Positions 49,584 to 58,525 of a DNA stretch of 64,000 nucleotides are shown here, one piece after another. Source of the DNA: an uncultured bacterium. GTDB lineage: Bacteria > Patescibacteriota > JABMPQ01 > CAVVCK01. Below the pieces are notes generated by a model. The model was not told where the DNA came from. It ran no database searches and saw nothing but the letters and a program-made list of their open reading frames with translations. Made by a program: the position numbers and the translations under genes. The DNA is taken from positions 431,656 through 495,655 of the forward strand of contig CAVVCK010000002.1 of NCBI GenBank assembly GCA_963746775.1. Reading direction: 5' to 3'. Each line of letters opens with the position of its first letter. The stretch's first letter is position 1.

Positions 49584-50216
49584 TTATTGTTTATAATTAT
49601 TTTGCAAATTTTCTACAGCCTGAACAGTCATTAAAAGTGAATCATATTTTAAAATATCATATAAATTTAGACTTTCGGTAGTAGTTAATTTCATCTTAGG
49701 AGCATTCTTAATAGACTTTAATATTGTTTTATCTTGTATTCCTAAAACTACTAAAGCATTTTCATTTTTAACTGGTAATTTATTAATACTTTTTACAAAT
49801 TCCTTAGTGCTAATTTTCTTCATTTTTAATTCATCAACTAAAATCAATTTTTTATCATTTACTTTAGAACTCAGAGTCATGAATAAAGCTTTTTTTCTTT
49901 CTTTCTTGTTAATTTTTTTCTTGAAATTAATATTAGAACTTGGTCCAAAAGTAACACCACCACCAACCCAGATAGGAGATCTATTTGATCCATGACGTGC
50001 TCTGCCTGTACCTTTTTGTTTCCATGGTTTTCTACCACCACCTCTTACTTCACTTCTATCTTTTACGTGTGCTACTACGTTTCTTTTATTGGAAAGATGA
50101 GCAACTACAACCTTATGAATAACTTCTTTTTTTACTTCAATATCAAAAATATCCTTATCTAAATCTAGATCTTTTACTTTCTTACCTTCCATATTGTAAA
50201 CTGTAACTTTCGCCAT
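49584..50216 (-). CDS. rplD: 50S ribosomal protein L4
   Basis: RGGGRKPWKQKGTGRARHGS. Confidence 0.92.
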   Translation of the reverse strand: MAKVTVYNMEGKKVKDLDLDKDIFDIEVKKEVIHKVVVAHLSNKRNVVAHVKDRSEVRGGGRKPWKQKGTGRARHGSNRSPIWVGGGVTFGPSSNINFKKKINKKERKKALFMTLSSKVNDKKLILVDELKMKKISTKEFVKSINKLPVKNENALVVLGIQDKTILKSIKNAPKMKLTTTESLNLYDILKYDSLLMTVQAVENLQNNYKQ

Positions 50217-50217
50217 T

Positions 50218-50832
50218 TTATGATTTTATAAAAACTAAACTTTCTCTAGCACCAGGAATACCACCTTTTAAAATAATTAAATTTTTATCAACATCTAAAT
50301 CTATAACTTCAGAATTTAAGGTTACTTTATCTCCGCCCATTCTACCAGCCATCCTTAAACCTTTTATAACATGTTCAGGATAACCAGCACCGATTGAACC
50401 AGGTTTTCTTAAATCATGTTTGTGACCATGTGTTTTTGGAGATCCATGAAATTTATGTCTCTTAACAACTCCAGCGAATCCCATACCTTTTGATTTAGCA
50501 ATAATTTTCACTTTATCCCCTTTTTCGAAAACATCAACTTTTATTTCTTGTCCTTCTTTAACATCATTCAATTCATCTACTCTTAATTCTCTTAGATATC
50601 TTAATTTGTCTTTTCCTTTTAATGCTTTATTCAAATGTCCTGTTCTTGGTTTATTATTTTTTGCAGTTTCGGAAAAACCAATTTGTAAACTATTATATCC
50701 TTCTTTTTCAACTTTTTTTATTTGGGTAACATAACAAGGTCCAGCAGTAACTAAAGTAACAGGAATAGCTTTCCCTTTTTCGTTATAAATTCTGCTCATT
50801 CCAATTTTTTTTCCTATAATTACTTTATACAT
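50218..50832 (-). CDS. rplC: 50S ribosomal protein L3
   Basis: IIGKKIGMSRIYNEKGKAIPVTLV. Confidence 0.92.
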   Translation of the reverse strand: MYKVIIGKKIGMSRIYNEKGKAIPVTLVTAGPCYVTQIKKVEKEGYNSLQIGFSETAKNNKPRTGHLNKALKGKDKLRYLRELRVDELNDVKEGQEIKVDVFEKGDKVKIIAKSKGMGFAGVVKRHKFHGSPKTHGHKHDLRKPGSIGAGYPEHVIKGLRMAGRMGGDKVTLNSEVIDLDVDKNLIILKGGIPGARESLVFIKS

Positions 50833-50853
50833 AATAAAATAATATTAAATTAA

Positions 50854-50915
50854 TTCCGCGCTATCCGCAAACTAAGTTATTGCGGATGATACGGATAAAG
50901 CGGATTACGCGGATC
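50854..50915. repeat. Family-2 palindromic element (ATCCGC words) in the rpsJ-rplC spacer
   Basis: TTAATTCCGCGCTATCCGCAAACTAAGTTATTGCGGATGATACGGATAAAGCGGATTACGCGGAT. Confidence 0.6.
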
Positions 50916-50932
50916 AATAAATTACGTAAATT

Positions 50933-51100
50933 AATATTTACCTATCAAAAACCGGAAATTTAAGAAGCCAGAAAACATACGCCGGCTTCTAAAATTTCCG
51001 GACCTTGCTTACTTTAAATTTACTAAATAACAATAAAATAATTATTTAGTAAATTCTTTAGCTTATACTTTTAAGTCCCGATTTTAATCGGAACTTTAAT
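50933..51100. other. Three consecutive hairpins in the rpsJ-rplC spacer
   Basis: CCGGAAATTTAAGAAGCC...GGCTTCTAAAATTTCCGG (17/18 bp). TTACTAAATAA...TTATTTAGTAA (11 bp perfect). AAGTCCCGATT-tta-AATCGGAACTT. Confidence 0.5.
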
Positions 51101-51111
51101 TATAAACTATC

Positions 51112-51441
51112 CTACATTTTAATCTCAATATCAACTCCAGCTGGTAAATTCAGATTAGTTAATGCTTCAATAGTATCTGGCTTCGGTTTTAAAATATCAA
51201 TCAATCTTTTATGAATTCTCATTTCAAATTGCTCTCTGGCATCTTTATGAACAAAGGTAGATTTATTAACTGTCTCTACTCTTTTCTCTGTAGGCAGAGG
51301 GACTGGCCCGCAAATCTCCGCCCCAGTTCTCTTGGCTGTTTCTACAATTTGAATAACTGCTTGATCAATTATCTTATGATCAAATGCTTTAATTTTTATT
51401 CTTATTCTTTGGGTTATCTCTTCTTCTTGGTTTTTAGACAT
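51112..51441 (-). CDS. rpsJ: 30S ribosomal protein S10
   Basis: [19 protein letters not shown] ... GPVPLPT. Confidence 0.92.
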   Translation of the reverse strand: MSKNQEEEITQRIRIKIKAFDHKIIDQAVIQIVETAKRTGAEICGPVPLPTEKRVETVNKSTFVHKDAREQFEMRIHKRLIDILKPKPDTIEALTNLNLPAGVDIEIKM

Positions 51442-51468
51442 TTTAATTAAAAGGTACTATTCAATTAA

Positions 51469-52659
51469 TTATTTAATAATTTTAGTAACCACACCAGCTC
51501 CAACCGTCTTGCTACCTTCTCGGATAGCAAACTTTTGTTTTTCTTCCATAGCAATTGGTGCTCCAAGCTTTACATTTAAATTAGCTGTATCACCAGGCAT
51601 AACCATTTCTGTACCTGCGGGTAATTCTACTTCTCCTGTTACATCAGTAGTTCTGAAATAAAATTGTGGCTTATATCCTTTAGCGAAAGCTGTATGTCTT
51701 CCACCTTCTTCTTTAGTTAGAGCATAAATTTCTGCTGAAAATTCAGTATGAGGAGTAATTGTCCCCGGTTTAGCTAAAACTTGACCTCGCTCTACATCTT
51801 CTTTCTTTGTTCCACGAAGCAGAATACCTGCGTTATCACCTGCTTGGCCTTCATCTAATTGTTTATTAAACATTTCAATTCCTGTCACAACTGTCTTTGG
51901 AGTATCTTTAAGACCAACTATTTCAACTTCATCATTTAAATTAACTTTTCCTCGCTCAATTCTACCAGTCACAACTGTACCACGTCCTTCAATTGAGAAA
52001 ATGTCTTCGATTGGCATTAAGAAAGGTTGATCAACATCTCTTTTTGGTTCTGGAATATATGAATCTAACTTTTCGAATAATTCTAAAATTGGTTTAGCAT
52101 CATCACCTGTTGGATTTTCTAAAGCTTTTAGAGCCGAACCACGAATGATGGGTATTTCATCGCCAGGATATTCATATTTTTTCAATAAATCTCTTACTTC
52201 CTCTTCAACTAAATCAACTAATTCAGGATCATCAACCTGATCAACTTTATTCAAAAATACAATAATAGAAGGGACACCAATTTGATGAGCTAATAAAATA
52301 TGTTCTCTCGTTTGAGGCATGGGACCATCAGTAGCAGAGACTACTAGAATTGCACCGTCCATTTGAGCAGCACCTGTAATCATATTTTTAATATAATCAG
52401 CATGGCCTGGACAATCAACGTGGGCGTAATGTCTTTTTTCAGTCTCATATTCACAGTGAGCAGTAGCAATAGTAATTCCTCTTTCTCTCTCTTCAGGTGC
52501 GGCGTCAATTTGATCAACTCCTTTTTCCTGAGCTTTTCCTTTACCAGAAGCATTTAAAACTTTAAGCATAGCGGCTGTTAGCGTAGTTTTACCATGGTCA
52601 ACATGACCAATTGTACCAACATTAATGTGAGGTTTTCCTCTTTCAAATTTATCTGCCAT
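51469..52659 (-). CDS. tuf: Elongation factor Tu
   Basis: [19 protein letters not shown]. 396 aa. Confidence 0.95.
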   Translation of the reverse strand: MADKFERGKPHINVGTIGHVDHGKTTLTAAMLKVLNASGKGKAQEKGVDQIDAAPEERERGITIATAHCEYETEKRHYAHVDCPGHADYIKNMITGAAQMDGAILVVSATDGPMPQTREHILLAHQIGVPSIIVFLNKVDQVDDPELVDLVEEEVRDLLKKYEYPGDEIPIIRGSALKALENPTGDDAKPILELFEKLDSYIPEPKRDVDQPFLMPIEDIFSIEGRGTVVTGRIERGKVNLNDEVEIVGLKDTPKTVVTGIEMFNKQLDEGQAGDNAGILLRGTKKEDVERGQVLAKPGTITPHTEFSAEIYALTKEEGGRHTAFAKGYKPQFYFRTTDVTGEVELPAGTEMVMPGDTANLNVKLGAPIAMEEKQKFAIREGSKTVGAGVVTKIIK

Positions 52660-52764
52660 TTTTTTATTTTTAGTTAATAGTTATATAAAATATTAGTTTA
52701 TATTATAGCTGTAAATTTACTTATGTCAAATGTTTTTTGGGCTTTTTCACAGTATTAATATACC

Positions 52765-52856
52765 AATTTATGCGAATTATACGAATAAATACTTGATTAG
52801 TATTATTAATATCAATTAGTATGCTTATCTCGAGTATTTTCGAGAGATTAGCATCG
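52765..52856. repeat. Family-3 intergenic palindromic element
   Basis: TATGCGAATTATACGAATAAATACTTGATTAGTATTATTAATATCAATTAGTATGC...GATTAGCATCG. Confidence 0.5.
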
Positions 52857-52861
52857 AAATA

Positions 52862-53191
52862 TTAGAAATCATCATCTAGATCTTCATATAGATATTGGGT
52901 TTCATTTTTTAAATCTTCATCAGTAGAATCGCCTGTTAAAAAATGATCATCTAGATTTTTTTCCTCTTCATTTTGACTAGCGTGCCAAATAGCTATATCT
53001 TTATTGATTTTCTCTACTAATTCTTCTTTAGACATTTCTCCTATAAAAACATTTTCTGAATTAGAGACTATTTTCTTATATTCCTTAATATCCATTAATA
53101 CATATGAGGGTTTACCTTCTTCTACAATAATATACTTACCACTAGAATTTTTTAATAGATCAATAATTTCGGAAAAATCTTTTGAATTCAT
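52862..53191 (-). CDS. Small acidic protein with Phd/YefM-antitoxin-like N-terminal domain, inserted between fusA and tuf
   Basis: N-terminus YIIVEEGKPSYVLMDIKEYKKI resembles the Phd/YefM fold. Highly acidic C-terminus (EDLDDDF). No cognate toxin adjacent. Confidence 0.4.
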   Translation of the reverse strand: MNSKDFSEIIDLLKNSSGKYIIVEEGKPSYVLMDIKEYKKIVSNSENVFIGEMSKEELVEKINKDIAIWHASQNEEEKNLDDHFLTGDSTDEDLKNETQYLYEDLDDDF

Positions 53192-53392
53192 AAAATTATG
53201 TTAAATTATTTATATTATTTCTTTTATTGTAATCTATCAATAAAGACAAATCTAATATAAATATTGAAATATATAGAAACTTATTGAAATTCACAGAAAT
53301 TAATTGTTGTTTACCATGTACTCAGAAAAACAACAACGAATTTCCTATACTTCGACAAACTCAGCACAAGATTTCTATTAATTTCTAAGTTT

Positions 53393-55498
53393 CTATTTCT
53401 TTTCATCTTCTCCAATAATTTCTTTAGCGACATTGCCTGGAACTTGCTCATATTTCTCGAATTCCATTGTATAATTAGCTCGTCCTTGAGTTAGAGATCG
53501 TAGTGAAGTTGAATATCCGAACATGGAAGCTAAGGGTACAAAAGCTTTGATAACTTTCATATTTGTTCTATCAGTCATTTCTTGAATCTGCGCTCTTTTT
53601 GAATTTAGATCACCTACTACATCACCCATTGATTTTTCTGGAGTAAGTACTTCGACTCTCATTACTGGTTCGAGTAAAACTGGATTAGCTTTTTTAACAC
53701 CACTACGGAAAGCCATAGATCCAGCTATTTTAAAGGCAGCTTCTGAAGAGTCAACATCATGATAAGAACCATCATATAAAGTTACTTTTACATCTATAAC
53801 CGGATAACCAGCTAATACTCCATTATCAGATGCTTCTTTGGCTCCTTTACCAACTGGCTGTATATATTCTTGAGGAATAACTCCTCCTTTTATTTCATTA
53901 ACAAATTCAAAACCCTTACCTCTTTCCTGAGGTTCAAGTCTTAACCAAACATGACCGTATTGTCCACGTCCTCCTGATTGCTTAATATATTTTCCTTCAA
54001 CTTCTGTAGCAATTGTTATTGCTTCTTTATAAGCTACTTGCGGTTTGCCTACTGTTGCTTCTACTTTAAATTCTCTCTTCATGCGATCAACTAAAACATC
54101 TAAATGAAGCTCTCCCATACCAGCTATGATTGTCTGCCCAGTATCCTCATCAGTTTTAACTCGAAAAGTAGGATCTTCTTCAGCTAATTCTCTAAGTGCA
54201 TGAGCCATTTTTTCTTGATCTGCTTTAGTCTTTGGTTCAATAGCAACTGATATAACCGGCTCAGGAAAAGTAATTTTTTCTAATATTATAGGATTATCTT
54301 CATCACATAAAGTATCACCAGTCGTTGTACCTTTTAAACCTACAATAGCAGCAATATCACCAGTATATACTTCTTTAATTTCTTCTCTTTTATTGGCATG
54401 CATACGCACAATTCTACTAACCCTTTCTTTCTTGCCAGTTGAAGCATTAAGGATATATGATCCAGCTTTTAATACTCCCGAATAAACTCTGAAAAATATT
54501 AATTTACCAACAAAAGGATCTGTGGCTACTTTAAAAGCAAGCCCGGCAAATGGTTCGTTATCATCTGTTTTTCTAATTATCTCTTTTTCTTCGTCGTGAA
54601 CATCGCAGCCATGAGCTGGTGGAACATCTAATGGCGAAGGAAGTAAATCAACTACAACATCGAGTAATTTTTTTATAACAGCTTTTCTACCATCACCGCC
54701 AAGTACTGGATAATATTCTCCAGAAATAACACCCTTGCGCATTGCTCTTTTATATTCATCTACGGATATTTCTTGGCCATCTAGAAATTTTTCCATAACC
54801 TTATCATCAGCTTCTACAATTATTTCTAACATTTCATTTCTATATTTCTCACAAATTTCTTTCATATCTTCTGGAATTTCTTTTGCTTCAGATAATTCTA
54901 AACCATCTGTACCTTCAGTATAATAAGCCTTCATTTCTAGTAAATCAACTAAGCCTTTGATATCTTCTCCTTGACCAATCGGTAACATTATAGGAAAAGC
55001 TTTATTGCTTAATCTTTCTTTAATAGAATCTAGAGATCTATAAAAATCTCCACCAACTAAATTCAATTTATTTAAAAAACATATTCTGGGAACTTTATAT
55101 TTATCAGCTTGATGCCAAACTGTTTCCGATTGTGGTTCAACACCCATTTTACCATCAAATATTACTACTGCACCATCTAAAACTCGCAGTGATCTTTCCA
55201 CTTCCACAGTAAAATCAACATGACCTGGTGTATCAATAATATTTATACGATGTTCGTTTTTTTCTTTTAAATTAGTCGGAGACCAAAAACAAGTCGTAGC
55301 TGCCGAAGTGATAGTAATACCTCGCTCTCTTTCTTGTTCCATCCAATCCATAGTAGCTTCACCTTCATGAACTTCACCAATTTTATAAGAAATTCCAGTG
55401 AAATATAAAATACGCTCTGTGACTGTGGTTTTTCCAGCATCAATATGAGCGATTATTCCTATATTTCTTATTTTTTCGAGTGGATATTGTCTTGGCAT
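53393..55498 (-). CDS. fusA: Elongation factor G
   Basis: [21 protein letters not shown]. 701 aa. Confidence 0.95.
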   Translation of the reverse strand: MPRQYPLEKIRNIGIIAHIDAGKTTVTERILYFTGISYKIGEVHEGEATMDWMEQERERGITITSAATTCFWSPTNLKEKNEHRINIIDTPGHVDFTVEVERSLRVLDGAVVIFDGKMGVEPQSETVWHQADKYKVPRICFLNKLNLVGGDFYRSLDSIKERLSNKAFPIMLPIGQGEDIKGLVDLLEMKAYYTEGTDGLELSEAKEIPEDMKEICEKYRNEMLEIIVEADDKVMEKFLDGQEISVDEYKRAMRKGVISGEYYPVLGGDGRKAVIKKLLDVVVDLLPSPLDVPPAHGCDVHDEEKEIIRKTDDNEPFAGLAFKVATDPFVGKLIFFRVYSGVLKAGSYILNASTGKKERVSRIVRMHANKREEIKEVYTGDIAAIVGLKGTTTGDTLCDEDNPIILEKITFPEPVISVAIEPKTKADQEKMAHALRELAEEDPTFRVKTDEDTGQTIIAGMGELHLDVLVDRMKREFKVEATVGKPQVAYKEAITIATEVEGKYIKQSGGRGQYGHVWLRLEPQERGKGFEFVNEIKGGVIPQEYIQPVGKGAKEASDNGVLAGYPVIDVKVTLYDGSYHDVDSSEAAFKIAGSMAFRSGVKKANPVLLEPVMRVEVLTPEKSMGDVVGDLNSKRAQIQEMTDRTNMKVIKAFVPLASMFGYSTSLRSLTQGRANYTMEFEKYEQVPGNVAKEIIGEDEKK

Positions 55499-55586
55499 AT
55501 TTTCGATACTAATATACTAATTTATACGAATTATACTAATACAAAATTATTCGTATTATTAGTATTCATTCGTATATTGGCATCGA
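55499..55586. repeat. Family-3 intergenic palindromic element between rpsG and fusA
   Basis: CGATACTAATATACTAATTTATACGAATTATACTAATACAAAATTATTCGTATTATTAGTATTCATTCGTATA. Confidence 0.55.
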
Positions 55587-56054
55587 TTATCTTGCATAGT
55601 GTGCAAAAGCCTTATTGGCTATAGCCATTCTATGAACATCCTCTTTCTTTTTAACAGCACTACCTAAACCTTTGGAGGCTTCGATAATTTCAGAAGCTAA
55701 TTTTTGAGCCATAGGCTGACCCTTTTTGCCTCTAGCAACTTCAAGCATCCAGCGCATAGCTAGGGTGTTTTTGCGACTACCTCTAACTTCAAAAGGTATT
55801 TGGTAATTAGCTCCACCAATTCTGCGACCTTTAATTTCTAGTGTTGGAGAAACATTTTTCATGGCTTGATTAAAAACTGACATAGGATCTTTTTTGGTTT
55901 TCTCTGCTACAATATCAAAAGCATCATAAATTATAGATACAGCTACTGATTTCTTGCCACCTTTCATAATATGATTAATAAATTTGCCTATTAAAGCATT
56001 TTTATGTTTTGGATCTAGATATTCTTCTCTTTTATATACTTGTTTTTTTCGCAT
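55587..56054 (-). CDS. rpsG: 30S ribosomal protein S7
   Basis: KFINHIMKGGKKSVA ... conserved S7 core. Confidence 0.92.
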   Translation of the reverse strand: MRKKQVYKREEYLDPKHKNALIGKFINHIMKGGKKSVAVSIIYDAFDIVAEKTKKDPMSVFNQAMKNVSPTLEIKGRRIGGANYQIPFEVRGSRKNTLAMRWMLEVARGKKGQPMAQKLASEIIEASKGLGSAVKKKEDVHRMAIANKAFAHYAR

Positions 56055-56139
56055 AATATTAGGGTTTAATTATTAAAGAATAGGGTGTAGAATTTTATTA
56101 ATTACTGACTACTAACTATTCTCTATTCCCTTAAAAAAA

Positions 56140-56610
56140 TTATTTACTTTCTTCTTTAGGAACTTCGGCAGGCGCTGCCTTCTTCTTGGCTCCCTTACTG
56201 CTTTTATCTAATTTAGCACCATATAGACTTCTTCCCTGTTTTCTGCCATCTACACCGCCTGTATCAAGCGGTCCACGAACAATATGATATTTAACACCGG
56301 GCAAATCTTTTACTCTACCACCACGGACAAGTACTACAGAGTGTTCTTGTAAATTATGACCTTCTCCTGGAATATAGGCAGTAACTTCCGTACCATTAGT
56401 AAGTCTGACACGAGCAATCTTTCTTAGAGCAGAGTTTGGCTTCTTAGGAGTCATAGTGGTTACTTTCATACAAACTCCTCTTTTGAAAGGATTGCCAGTT
56501 TTTACAAATTTCTTTTTAATTTTATTAAAATCACGCTGCAGTGCAGGTGACTTGGGTTTTCTCTTAACAGTTTTTCTTCTTCTCTTTACTAATTGATTAA
56601 TAGTTGGCAT
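56140..56610 (-). CDS. rpsL: 30S ribosomal protein S12 (with C-terminal extension)
   Basis: [13 protein letters not shown] ... [10 protein letters not shown]. Extra C-terminal ~30 aa, Lys/Ala-rich. Confidence 0.92.
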   Translation of the reverse strand: MPTINQLVKRRRKTVKRKPKSPALQRDFNKIKKKFVKTGNPFKRGVCMKVTTMTPKKPNSALRKIARVRLTNGTEVTAYIPGEGHNLQEHSVVLVRGGRVKDLPGVKYHIVRGPLDTGGVDGRKQGRSLYGAKLDKSSKGAKKKAAPAEVPKEESK

Positions 56611-56999
56611 TTATAGTTATAAATAAAAAAATATCTATATAAATAGATAGAAATTATATTAATTTCCTTTATCAATACTTATTATAGTAAGCAAAAAAAA
56701 GATGTCAAATGAATTTAATAAATTAGTTATTAGGAAATAGATATTATAAGATTATTTATCAAATAAAACCGAATAATCTTATTTAAAAAATAGAAACTGG
56801 CTATATAGAAAATAGAAATTGGTAATAGAAATTAGAAAAATTGAAAATAGTTATGATATAATTCAAATGAAACAAAAGCTATTTTCTAATTTCCAATTAC
56901 TATTACTATCTTCCAATTTCTAAATAGCTAATTTCAATTTCATTTTTTAAAATCTCTGATTTCATATGATATTCAATTATTAGATATTATTTCCCACAT
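56611..56999. repeat. Family-1 intergenic inverted-repeat element (largest copy) upstream of rpsL
   Basis: Left arm TAGAAACTGGCTATATAGAAAATAGAAATTGGTAATAGAAATTAGAAAAATTG. Right arm CTATTTTCTAATTTCCAATTACTATTACTATCTTCCAATTTCTAAATAG. Confidence 0.6.
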
Positions 57000-57410
57000 T
57001 TGCATTTATTCTTTATTTCGTATTATAATTACTCTATGCAAATAAACATCCTAAAAAGCAAAAATCTCCAGCAATCCACATCTGAAATTACTAGAGACAT
57101 TTTTGAAGTATTTTCTATTTTTTATTTAATTTTATTATTAGTAAATCAAATAAAAATAGGCTTTGTGAGTGATTTCTTAAATTTAAATCATATCTTAATA
57201 ATTGTTGTAGTCTCAGGACTTTTATCTCTCTGGAAAGAAAAATTAGAAGTGGGCAATAGAGATTATGTTTTTATTGTAATTTTGGCTCTGCTTGGAGCTA
57301 TGGCTATATTCTATAAAACTTCTATCTTCGGAAATTTTAAAGCTTCTATTTTCGCTTTCTTGAGTTTTGTTTTTATTATTTTAGTTTTATTTTTTTTATT
57401 AAAGAAGTAA
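57000..57410 (+). CDS. Hypothetical small membrane protein (3-4 TM), plus strand
   Basis: 136-aa hydrophobic ORF, divergent from rpsL. No family recognised. The true start may be the internal Met (MQINIL). Confidence 0.35.
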   Translation: MHLFFISYYNYSMQINILKSKNLQQSTSEITRDIFEVFSIFYLILLLVNQIKIGFVSDFLNLNHILIIVVVSGLLSLWKEKLEVGNRDYVFIVILALLGAMAIFYKTSIFGNFKASIFAFLSFVFIILVLFFLLKK

Positions 57411-57463
57411 ATTGTTTTGCATTAAAAAAGACTGCACAAGAGCAATCTTTTTTTATTTATTAT

Positions 57464-58489
57464 TTAATAACCAATAGCTTGCCACTGTATTTCAGCCTCA
57501 GCAGGATAAGTAGAGCTACTCCAGTATACCCTAAAAGTATCACCATCTACTCGACTTATATATAAATTACCCAATTCACTTTCAGTTAATGTAGGATTAT
57601 TTTGACTGGTTGTTACATTATAGCTCGTATTACTTGTAAAAAAATTAGATGGTAATTCAATGGTATCAGAACAGCCCGCGATTACTGGGCAACCTGCTCC
57701 CCCTGAGGCACTAACATTAGCTACTCCGACTATTATTTTACTTGGATAAGGGTTAGGATTAGGCGTAGTTAAATTTGTATCAGAACCACTATCAGTACTA
57801 TAATAAACAGCATTTTCATTAGATACATCCACTCCATCTACATCACCACTCACGGTTAAATTACTTATACTTAAATCATCATCCACCCTCAACGTCACCT
57901 CTCCACTTGTTCCTCCGCCAGATAATCCTGTTCCAGCAGTAATTCCGGTAATATCACCTCCATTTACCCATTCTAAAGCCTCTCCATTATAGGATAGTAC
58001 TTGATTAGTTGAAGCAGCATTAGTAGTAGCTAGGTTATTAGTATGAATTACTCCTGTTCCTAACAAATTACCTACAGTTACCTCACCAGCAAAATAGGCA
58101 TCTTTCCACTGATTATCTTCCGTCCCTATATCGTTAACATTATTTAGAGCAGGCATTAGCGTATCGGCTATCTTTAAAGGCATATCATCAGCTGTTCCTT
58201 TAGAAGGCCCTCTCCAAATCATACCATCTACTCTTAAGTCATCACCCATAGTCAGAGGAACACTACCTGCTGAATTATTAATCATGGTACCATTGAAAAA
58301 AGTTACTCCGCCTTCGCCGGTAGTTTTACCAATGTAAGCAGAATCAAACCTGGCAGTACCATTAACTGTTAGATCCTCGTTGTAGGTAATAGTTTGAGCT
58401 GGTTGAAGATCGGTAGCGGGGGAAGCAGAGGCTAGATCCACCAAAGCGAAGATGCCTAAAATTGTTAGGAAAGGCAATAGTTTTTTCAT
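57464..58489 (-). CDS. Secreted Gly/Thr/Asn-rich repeat protein (signal peptide), paralog of the downstream gene
   Basis: Signal peptide MKKLLPFLTILGIFALVDLASA. Conserved N-domain ...DDLRVDGMIWRGPSKG..DMPLKIADT..NDIG..N.WK.AYFAG.VTVG shared with the 58526..60526 protein. Confidence 0.55.
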   Translation of the reverse strand: MKKLLPFLTILGIFALVDLASASPATDLQPAQTITYNEDLTVNGTARFDSAYIGKTTGEGGVTFFNGTMINNSAGSVPLTMGDDLRVDGMIWRGPSKGTADDMPLKIADTLMPALNNVNDIGTEDNQWKDAYFAGEVTVGNLLGTGVIHTNNLATTNAASTNQVLSYNGEALEWVNGGDITGITAGTGLSGGGTSGEVTLRVDDDLSISNLTVSGDVDGVDVSNENAVYYSTDSGSDTNLTTPNPNPYPSKIIVGVANVSASGGAGCPVIAGCSDTIELPSNFFTSNTSYNVTTSQNNPTLTESELGNLYISRVDGDTFRVYWSSSTYPAEAEIQWQAIGY

Positions 58490-58525
58490 TTTCTAAAGAA
58501 TTATTAATATTTCCTATATTATCAC

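Noticed and set aside
13851-55586. CRISPR array, suggested by short GC-containing repeats recurring in intergenic regions
   Set aside because: The repeats are palindromic single elements at dispersed loci. They have no regular repeat-spacer periodicity and no cas genes.
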